Position numbers and translations under genes: made by a program
Shown here: one piece after another, positions 17,631-24,847 of the stretch
How the letters are laid out: each line of letters opens with the position of its first letter
How positions within the stretch are numbered: position 1 is the stretch's first letter
From: Candidatus Iainarchaeum sp.
GTDB lineage: Archaea > Iainarchaeota > Iainarchaeia > Iainarchaeales > UBA10191
Direction: 5' to 3'
DNA length: 34,601 nucleotides
NCBI GenBank assembly: GCA_030649735.1
Contig: JAUSFL010000038.1
Span: 1-34,601, forward strand
Notes under the pieces: generated by a model
What the model was told of the DNA's origin: nothing
The model's database searches: none
What the model saw: the letters and a program-made list of their open reading frames with translations, nothing else

Positions 17631-18824
17631 ATGGATTTCTCCCAAAAGATGAATGAAGAATTTAAAACGTTCTTAGAAGAAACGCAAAATGAGAAATTCA
17701 AAACCCCATTAGAAATACCAATAAACATTTGGGGAAATCCCGGCTGGGAATTATTAAAGAAAAAACAAATTGAAGAAACAATGTTGCCTTTTATAAAACA
17801 TAATATTACGCGCGCACAAAAAACGATGCCTATCTATACTACCGCATATGCAAGAAGCAATTTTAGCAAAAATGCTTCAATTGAAGACTTTTACTCAATT
17901 CCATTGCTAGTAAAAGATGCAGCAGTTGGGGGAATTAGTTTTAGAGAAAAAATAAACAAAAATCCGTATTGCATGTTGCCAAAAGACATAAAAAAACCAT
18001 GTCAAATATACAAATCAGGGGGCACTAAAGGGGTAGCAACCCCAACATTCATAACTGTTTTAGATCGCGAAATAGAAAGCACTGCTTTTGCAAGGGGCAG
18101 TAGCTATCTTGGAATAGGTGAGGGGGATATAGTATTAAGCACTTACAATCCAACCCATAAAGGGGGAGAAGAAATCAAAGAAGCAATTCTAAAAAATAAA
18201 GCAAGTTTTATCCAACGAAGAACAACAGATTCGGCAGCGGAAACAATAAAAACAATCAAAATGTACCAAGTAAATTCTATAGTAACTTCTCAAGGCCCGC
18301 TAGATAAAGGGGATAAAGAAGCAAAAGGTGGGGGAGTTGACCTGCTTTCCTTGATTGAAGCAGGCAGCGATATACTAGAACAACAAATAGAAAAGATAAT
18401 TCTGGGTGGTTATCTGATAATTGACGAAGTAATCGAGTGGGCTGAAACATCTAAAAAGAACGTTGGTAGTTTGCTTGGGTCTTCAGAAGCAATCCCCCAA
18501 GCAGGCAGCACTTTTTTTTCAGAAGAAGAAAGATTATGCAAGTACAATAACCTGCATTTATTGAATGGCCCGCATTATATGGAAATATTAAAACATGAGA
18601 GCGGTGCGTGGATTCCGGTTAAAAAAGGCGAGACTGGAATATTAGTATATACTACAATTGCAAGAGAAGGCACAATTTATATAAGATATGCCCCAGGGGA
18701 CCAAGCAACATTACTTGCTAATGAATGTACTTGTGATTGCGGAATAAAAAGCCCAATTATTTCAAACATAAAACGAATTGATAATCCAAGCGATATTGCT
18801 TCAACAGGATGTTGTGTGGGGTGA
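17631..18824 (+). CDS. Adenylate-forming ligase (PaaK / coenzyme F390 synthetase / LuxE-like)
   Basis: SIPLLVKD, KSGGTKG P-loop, LGSSEA, GETGILVYTT, IRYAPGD, CTCDCG. Confidence 0.78.
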   Translation: MDFSQKMNEEFKTFLEETQNEKFKTPLEIPINIWGNPGWELLKKKQIEETMLPFIKHNITRAQKTMPIYTTAYARSNFSKNASIEDFYSIPLLVKDAAVGGISFREKINKNPYCMLPKDIKKPCQIYKSGGTKGVATPTFITVLDREIESTAFARGSSYLGIGEGDIVLSTYNPTHKGGEEIKEAILKNKASFIQRRTTDSAAETIKTIKMYQVNSIVTSQGPLDKGDKEAKGGGVDLLSLIEAGSDILEQQIEKIILGGYLIIDEVIEWAETSKKNVGSLLGSSEAIPQAGSTFFSEEERLCKYNNLHLLNGPHYMEILKHESGAWIPVKKGETGILVYTTIAREGTIYIRYAPGDQATLLANECTCDCGIKSPIISNIKRIDNPSDIASTGCCVG

Positions 18825-18828
18825 ATCA

Positions 18829-19740
18829 ATGGCTATTTTTGAATTGAAAAGATTTTGGAACTGGTTTATTTTATTGCGCCCTTATTCACTAGTTGACTTG
18901 TTTTTAGTTTTCGTTGCCGCCAGAACAATAGCACTAAAGAACATCTCAATTGGCTTAGATGACATTTACCTTTTTTTGCCGATTCTTTTTATCTGGTGCT
19001 ATATTACTTGGTTGCTTGAAGCAGAACATAAACACAAGTTTAGGGAAAATGTGCCATATTGGATTTCAACTGTTGCAATTTTAATTAGTGCAATTATTGG
19101 AGCAATAGTCAATTTTGAATCATTACTTTTTGTTTTAGTGGTAATAATATCAACAAACCTTTACATCAAAAAAGGCTCAATTCATTTTTTAGGCCGATAC
19201 TCATTTCTTTTTAGAGGGCTAATGGAAGTCGGAACATTTTTCTTCGCATTATCACTTTTTGAGAAAATTAGTGCTTTCTCACTAGAACACATATTATTTG
19301 GATTAGTGATTTTAATAATTTATTCAGTAAGAAACTTAATTGGAGACATCAGAGACACGCAATTTGACAAAATAACTTTCTCCGCAACATATGGAAACAC
19401 AAAAAGTTATTTATTAAGCATTTTCTTGTTTTTAATTGGTGCCTTGGTATTAGTAAGCATTTCAAGCATTGTTGTTATTTTCCCAATAATTCTCTTCGCG
19501 GTTACTTTAATACTCTACGATAATGGCTATGAACTGCATCGCGCAACCCTGTTACTAACGAGCATTGTTCTCCTAAATTACACTCTTTTTATTGTTGATA
19601 AAACACCCATAGTTTTGCTTAATGTTCTTTTTGTTGCGATAATGGCAAATTTCATATTTTACAATTATGTTCCAAGAGAATCAAATCCGATAGAAAAAGT
19701 GAAATCACGCTTTTCTTTCATTTTAACAAGAAAGAAATAA
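18829..19740 (+). CDS. UbiA-superfamily membrane prenyltransferase-like protein
   Basis: LLRPYS, NLIGDIRDTQFDKITFSATYG (second Asp-rich motif), many TM segments; first Asp-rich motif degenerate; ATG 18829 after GGTGA. Confidence 0.7.
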   Translation: MAIFELKRFWNWFILLRPYSLVDLFLVFVAARTIALKNISIGLDDIYLFLPILFIWCYITWLLEAEHKHKFRENVPYWISTVAILISAIIGAIVNFESLLFVLVVIISTNLYIKKGSIHFLGRYSFLFRGLMEVGTFFFALSLFEKISAFSLEHILFGLVILIIYSVRNLIGDIRDTQFDKITFSATYGNTKSYLLSIFLFLIGALVLVSISSIVVIFPIILFAVTLILYDNGYELHRATLLLTSIVLLNYTLFIVDKTPIVLLNVLFVAIMANFIFYNYVPRESNPIEKVKSRFSFILTRKK

Positions 19741-19753
19741 ATTCGCGATCCTG

Positions 19754-21205
19754 GTGAGTAATTTGAATGATCTAAATTTTTCCAATTTGGTTAGCGGAAA
19801 AGAAGTAATTCTAAGTGGAAAAAGGTTTGAAGTTGCTAGCCCATTTTATCCCGAGTTTGTAACAAAAGTTCCCGATTCTAACCTTTTTGACCTAAAAACC
19901 TGTGTTTCAAAAGCAAAATCTTCTGCAATAGAAATTTCAAAACTAAGTTTTGGAGACCGCGCAGAAATCCTTAGAAAAACCGCAAAAAACATCAGATTTG
20001 ATTCCGAAGACCTAGAATATGTCGTGAAGATGACTGGAATGCCAATAACATTCGTAGAAAAACAATTACAAGACATAAAAAACCTGCTTTTAGCTTTGCC
20101 AGAACTAATCGAAAACACGCTTGGAAACAGGCATGGAAGAATAGCTGGCAAAGTACTAGACAATCATGACCTTTTCAAGATATTGTACCCAATCGATGGA
20201 ATAGTTTATTCTGTGACTCCTGCAAATGATCCGCGAATCGTTTCCTTCATTAGCGCATGGTTAGTTTGTTTGGGAATTCCGGGGATAATAAAACCGGCAA
20301 AAACAGACTTTTTGATTGCACAAAAAGTAATCAAAAAAATAATTGAAAACGGATATCCTGCATCGGGATTAAATATTCTTGGATGGAATACTAGTGGAGA
20401 AAATGCTACAAAAATAAATTTTTCTTTGGTTGACGCAGCAAAAGCGGTCTGGGTATTCGGTGACGACACAACAGTTGACAATCTGTTAAGATTTGAAGAC
20501 ATTAACGGCCACAGAGTTGACCATTTTTCTGACAAAATTGTTTTAAGACATTCAACAGGCAGGGCAGCCGCAGTCTGTGATGAAAATATTGAATCCAAAA
20601 AAATAGTCAATATCATTACTGAATCTTGCCTCGAATGGCCAATTGGATGTAATTCACTAAAAGCAATCTTTGATGCAAGCAAACAAAGCAATGAATTAAC
20701 AGCAATGTTAAATGAAAGATTTTCAAGACTAGAAAAAGAAACAGGAAACCCATTTAAACACAAAACAAAAGTTGGTTTTGTTGACAAACAAACATTAACA
20801 AATGTTTCAAAAAGAATTAAAGAACTTGAAAGCCTTAGATTATTAAAGAAACTACAAGGAAAACAAATAAGTGAATTACAATCAACCCCATTTTTGTTAG
20901 CGACTGAGGATAAACACTCTGAATTCTTAGCAAAAGAATTTTCAATTTATGTTCTTGCATTAAAAAAATGCGCCTCTTTCGAAGAAGCTGTTTCCGAAGC
21001 AAACGAAAGCGCTGGTTCAAACAAAAGGTTGGCGATAAGTGTTTTTTCAGAGGATGGGGAGAAAGTATTGAAAACAAATTTACACGCACATCACATAAAA
21101 CGCATGAGGCATTCAACAGAGCTCGATATTTTGTTCCATGAAGGAAACGACTACTTACACAGACTTACAATCCCACAGATACATAGAGAGAAAACAAAAA
21201 GTTAA
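19754..21205 (+). CDS. Aldehyde dehydrogenase-superfamily protein, LuxC/acyl-CoA reductase-like
   Basis: VTPAND, KPA, VFGDDTTV, putative catalytic Cys in IGCNSLK, FEEAVSEAN, LAISVFS. Confidence 0.75.
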   Translation: MSNLNDLNFSNLVSGKEVILSGKRFEVASPFYPEFVTKVPDSNLFDLKTCVSKAKSSAIEISKLSFGDRAEILRKTAKNIRFDSEDLEYVVKMTGMPITFVEKQLQDIKNLLLALPELIENTLGNRHGRIAGKVLDNHDLFKILYPIDGIVYSVTPANDPRIVSFISAWLVCLGIPGIIKPAKTDFLIAQKVIKKIIENGYPASGLNILGWNTSGENATKINFSLVDAAKAVWVFGDDTTVDNLLRFEDINGHRVDHFSDKIVLRHSTGRAAAVCDENIESKKIVNIITESCLEWPIGCNSLKAIFDASKQSNELTAMLNERFSRLEKETGNPFKHKTKVGFVDKQTLTNVSKRIKELESLRLLKKLQGKQISELQSTPFLLATEDKHSEFLAKEFSIYVLALKKCASFEEAVSEANESAGSNKRLAISVFSEDGEKVLKTNLHAHHIKRMRHSTELDILFHEGNDYLHRLTIPQIHREKTKS

Positions 21206-21247
21206 ACTTTTATTATAGTTACAAGCTATTGTGTATAGGGAAGAATT

Positions 21248-21721
21248 ATGCATAAGAAAGCAGAAGATTTGATGTTTGCAGAGCTCTTAAGATTCAGCGA
21301 AGATGGAAAGATTAGCCTGTTCGCTGAAACTGCTTTTTTATTACCTTCAGAATACATCCTTCACTTAGAAGAAAAAAGCACCCCCGAGGAATTATACTTA
21401 GCAGCAAAGAAGATTCCAGAACCAATAATAACTACTCTGAAAGAGAAAGGAATGAAAGATATAGAATTATTAGATTTTTTATTAGAATTATTAGAAGTGT
21501 TAGGAATTGGAAATATCCAAGTCAAAAAGTTTGATCGAAATAAAAAAGAGTATCAACTAACGATAAATAATTCTTCAACAAATAAAATCAAGTGTCATAG
21601 AACTAGAGGATATCTCGCTGCTGCGTTTTCCCAAGCATTAGGACAAGAACTAAAATGCATTGAATCACAATGCATTTCAGAAGGCGCAAATAACTGTGAG
21701 TTCATTATTGCCCAGGAATAA
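21248..21721 (+). CDS. V4R (4-vinyl reductase) small-molecule-binding domain protein
   Basis: LGIG, CHRTRGYLAAAFS, ESQCISEGANNCEF. Confidence 0.85.
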   Translation: MHKKAEDLMFAELLRFSEDGKISLFAETAFLLPSEYILHLEEKSTPEELYLAAKKIPEPIITTLKEKGMKDIELLDFLLELLEVLGIGNIQVKKFDRNKKEYQLTINNSSTNKIKCHRTRGYLAAAFSQALGQELKCIESQCISEGANNCEFIIAQE

Positions 21722-22505
21722 TTCCAGAAATTTTTTCCCCTTCAAACACAGTCTCTGTTTTGACGACAACCCCGCTAGGAGTCATGTCAAATAATAAACT
21801 AGCTATAGAATGTGCAGTATTGCGCATTTTTCTAACCCTTACGCTTCTAACACTTTCTCTTGCAAGATCCCTCAATGCAACAATAATCACACCATCACAA
21901 ATAAATTCTGAGACTGCATCAGCACTTAAGCCTTTTTCTCCCTCAAGTAATTCCGAAGTCAGCATTACAGTTGCATTATCAATATCTCTTAACGCGCCAA
22001 TCAAGTGATAAAGTATTGTTTTTGCAATCATTCGTTCTGTCCTTGGGAATGGATTCACAGTTTCAGCAACTTGCACTACTGAAAAGGCAATATCATCCTT
22101 CAGGTCTGTAACCAACATAGTATCTGTCAAGGTTGTTAGAGAGTCAATTACAATGCGTTTTGGCTGAAAATCTTCAGCCTCCACTTTAATGTTTTTCAAA
22201 AAAGAGTCGCCTTTGAGAATGTTAAGGTAACGAATGCGAATCAAGCCAGCCTTTTCCAAATCCTCAAGCTTCCAGCCAAAAGTACTAGCAGCCTTACGCA
22301 ATTCCTGAACAGACTGTTCTGTAGAAATATAAAGTCCCTTTTCCCCAAACAATAAAGCGCCATTAATCAAAAACTGCAGTGAAAAAGTGGTTTTTCCAGT
22401 TCCGGCACCGCCAGACAACAAAACCAAGTTTCCTTTAGGAATGCCGCCATTCAAAGCCTTATCAAGCCCTTGAATGCCAAACTTTACTCTCTCAATCTCA
22501 GCCAT
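21705..22505 (-). CDS. KaiC/RAD55-like single-domain ATPase
   Basis: GIQGLDKALNGGIP, GGAGTGKT, YISTEQ, IVIDSL, EFICDGVI, KMRNTAH. Confidence 0.93.
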   Translation of the reverse strand: MAEIERVKFGIQGLDKALNGGIPKGNLVLLSGGAGTGKTTFSLQFLINGALLFGEKGLYISTEQSVQELRKAASTFGWKLEDLEKAGLIRIRYLNILKGDSFLKNIKVEAEDFQPKRIVIDSLTTLTDTMLVTDLKDDIAFSVVQVAETVNPFPRTERMIAKTILYHLIGALRDIDNATVMLTSELLEGEKGLSADAVSEFICDGVIIVALRDLARESVRSVRVRKMRNTAHSIASLLFDMTPSGVVVKTETVFEGEKISGIIPGQ

Positions 22506-22601
22506 AAAAAACAACCATCTCTCTAACCAAAAAGCTTTTGGAATTTAAAAAACTTGCCAGCAAAAGCACCAAAAAAAGGGTTTTTTGGGCAAACTAAAGA
22601 G

Positions 22602-22612
22602 TTAGGCACTAC
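22602..22612 (+). repeat. Boundary motif TTAGGCACTAC, copy 5
   Basis: gag-TTAGGCACTAC-a; intergenic between divergent genes. Confidence 0.95.
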
Positions 22613-22662
22613 ATAATTCAAGTTTTTATTCAGATGCCTAAAGAACTACTATTGGAAGAACA

Positions 22663-23520
22663 ATGATTAACGACATTTCAACAATAAATTTCAACATGGA
22701 ACTGTCCACAACAAAGCAAAAGACCATTGACTTGCTCAGCACAGAATGGCCTTTAAGCGCCAAGAAGATTCATGAAAGACTGCAAAAACTATACGCTTTA
22801 GAAATCTCCTACCAGGGAGTCCACAAAACACTTCAAGAAATGATTGAAGAAAAAATCATCAAAAAGAACGGCAACAATTACTTATTAAGCATTGAATGGA
22901 TTCAAAACACAAGAAAAATGCTTGAAAACGTTGAAAGAACCTATCTGCAAAACACAAAAATCACAATACCCAAGGACATCCAAAGCAGCATAGTGCTAGA
23001 ATTCGACAGTTTCACAGAAATGTGCGTTTCAACAGCCGAACTTTTACTTTCGAGACAGCTTGCCAAAGGAACAAACGACAAAACCTTCATCTGCACCCTA
23101 GAATACGGTTGGTGGACAATCAAATTCAGGTTTGAGCACATGAAACTGCTTTATGACATGTGTAGAGTGAATTTGAACCCAAAGAATATAATCAGGACAA
23201 AAACGCCATTTGGCGAATGGATCCGATCACAATATGTAGCGACTGGGGGAGTAAGCGCACCAATAGGAACCAAAGTAGACTTGAACGAAGACGTTTTCAT
23301 TCAAGGAGATTTCATAATAGAAGTGACTTTCACAGAAGAAGCAAAAAAAATAATAGAACACTATTATAACAAATGGAAAGGCTTGAATGATTCGCTGCTA
23401 GAATTTGGCATTAAAGACGAGCCGAAAATCCACGCAACAATGCGCATTACAAAAAACCCGGAAATGGCAAATTACTTGAAAAGACAATTAAACAAGGTTT
23501 TTGAGAAAACAGAGAATTAG
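22663..23520 (+). CDS. Winged-helix transcription regulator (EWPL family), paralog 2
   Basis: LSTEWPLSAKKIH...SYQGVHKTLQEM...EW; ITKNPEMA; its TAG stop lies inside repeat copy 6. Confidence 0.78.
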   Translation: MINDISTINFNMELSTTKQKTIDLLSTEWPLSAKKIHERLQKLYALEISYQGVHKTLQEMIEEKIIKKNGNNYLLSIEWIQNTRKMLENVERTYLQNTKITIPKDIQSSIVLEFDSFTEMCVSTAELLLSRQLAKGTNDKTFICTLEYGWWTIKFRFEHMKLLYDMCRVNLNPKNIIRTKTPFGEWIRSQYVATGGVSAPIGTKVDLNEDVFIQGDFIIEVTFTEEAKKIIEHYYNKWKGLNDSLLEFGIKDEPKIHATMRITKNPEMANYLKRQLNKVFEKTEN

Positions 23521-23527
23521 GCACTAC
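23517..23527 (+). repeat. Boundary motif TTAGGCACTAC, copy 6
   Basis: aa-TTAGGCACTAC-a; between two convergent stop codons. Confidence 0.95.
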
Positions 23528-23530
23528 AAA

Positions 23531-24409
23531 TTATTTAATTGCCTTTTTGCTTTCTGGAAAGTGGGAAAGAATCTGGTTTCTCATTAAGGCTGCAAGCTCT
23601 GGGTTTTTAGTTATTGTAACGTCAATGCTTGTTTTGCTCTTTTTCAAGGCCTGCTTGTAAAAATACTCCTTGAAAATGCCCAAAAGATTTGAGTTTCTTG
23701 CATAAACTCCATCAACAACAGCCTTTGTTTCCTTAGAATAATTGACTTGAATAATGCCGTCCCCGTGAATCATTACATCACCATCCAAGCCTTCAAAAGA
23801 AACACCCAATTTTACGGCAGAAAAACCACCACTAATCCACTGCTGCTTAATCCACCTATCCAATGGAGTGTCATTCAAAACCAAGGCATACATTCTAGAA
23901 ACATTCTTGGTCATTCTAATGAACAATTCAAAATCAGAAAAGCTAAAACGCAAAGGCCACAAAACATGACGAATAACACCAACCCCAACATTAGGCCCAT
24001 TGCCAACCAAAACTTTCTTTTCAAACAAGCCAGCAATCACAACAATAAAATTGCTGTAATCGTCAAAATGCATTGTGATTTTGCCAGTAAAGTCTGGCTT
24101 TATTTCATACTTTCCCTGGGTTTTAGAATACCTTTGATGAATCTCTTCAGAAAACTTTTTCAAGCCAGAAACCCAAGAATCACTCAACTTGTAATTCTTG
24201 CCAACCATTACAATAGTGCCAGAAGCCTCAAGATTCTTCAAAACCTTGTGAATTGCCTGATAAGACAAATTCTCGCCCTTAGAAACCTTGCTGTAAATCT
24301 GCTTTGCAGACAAAGGCCACTCATTGCTCAACAAAACAATGACTTTTTCCCTAGTTGAAGAATTCTCCAAATTCGAAAGCGAAAGAAAATCCAAAAGCCA
24401 ATCCCCCAA
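23531..24409 (-). CDS. Winged-helix transcription regulator (EWPL family), paralog 3
   Basis: LSNEWPLSAKQIY...SYQAIHKVLKNL...SW; ITKNPELA. Confidence 0.78.
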   Translation of the reverse strand: MGDWLLDFLSLSNLENSSTREKVIVLLSNEWPLSAKQIYSKVSKGENLSYQAIHKVLKNLEASGTIVMVGKNYKLSDSWVSGLKKFSEEIHQRYSKTQGKYEIKPDFTGKITMHFDDYSNFIVVIAGLFEKKVLVGNGPNVGVGVIRHVLWPLRFSFSDFELFIRMTKNVSRMYALVLNDTPLDRWIKQQWISGGFSAVKLGVSFEGLDGDVMIHGDGIIQVNYSKETKAVVDGVYARNSNLLGIFKEYFYKQALKKSKTSIDVTITKNPELAALMRNQILSHFPESKKAIK

Positions 24410-24445
24410 TTGAATTTGGGAGAAATTGGCTTAAAAAACCTAGAG

Positions 24446-24456
24446 TTAGGCACTAC
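24446..24456 (+). repeat. Boundary motif TTAGGCACTAC, copy 7
   Basis: gag-TTAGGCACTAC-t; intergenic. Confidence 0.95.
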
Positions 24457-24479
24457 TTACTCAAATCACACAATAACAA

Positions 24480-24836
24480 TCACAAGCCAATTACATGAAA
24501 GTGCAATTTTTTGTTTAATGCTTCAACACACAATTCTTTAATATGATTCAGATACTTTAGTGTTTTTTTATCAATAAATTGCTTTTCTAAAATAGTCAAT
24601 TCTAAAATAATTGGCTTAATTTGATCATATTCAAAGCCCACTCCGCCATGATATTGCAGTTTTGCAAGATTATTCAATTTTAACTTTTGGGCTTTTTCAT
24701 AAATTTGTTCGAAAATCGTTTCAGGAACTATTAATTCACTAATGCGCTTTTCATATTGACCAGGACCTATAAAAAAATTAAAACCTTGTTCCCCGTCAGA
24801 AAAATCAGACTTAATTTTTAGCAATTTAATGCGCAT
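24480..24836 (-). CDS. Small protein, probable immunity protein of the upstream toxin
   Basis: 118 aa, 11 nt downstream of the toxin-like gene on the same strand; function inferred from position only. Confidence 0.6.
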   Translation of the reverse strand: MRIKLLKIKSDFSDGEQGFNFFIGPGQYEKRISELIVPETIFEQIYEKAQKLKLNNLAKLQYHGGVGFEYDQIKPIILELTILEKQFIDKKTLKYLNHIKELCVEALNKKLHFHVIGL

Positions 24837-24847
24837 AATAATACCCC

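Noticed and set aside
21705-22505. Circadian clock KaiC
   Set aside because: Single ATPase domain and no kaiA or kaiB; it is the common archaeal RAD55/KaiC-like type.
22602-22641. Inverted repeat TTAGGCA...TGCCTAA at copy 5, with weaker CCTAA/CTAAT matches after copies 1, 3 and 4
   Set aside because: Distances and sequences are inconsistent between copies, so a conserved hairpin or second arm cannot be claimed.
6100-24456. Reading the 11-mer repeats as a CRISPR array or as canonical integron attC sites
   Set aside because: Spacing is 0.7-7.8 kb and no cas genes are present. I found no RYYYAAC/L-box hairpin partner at a consistent distance and no intI in the window.
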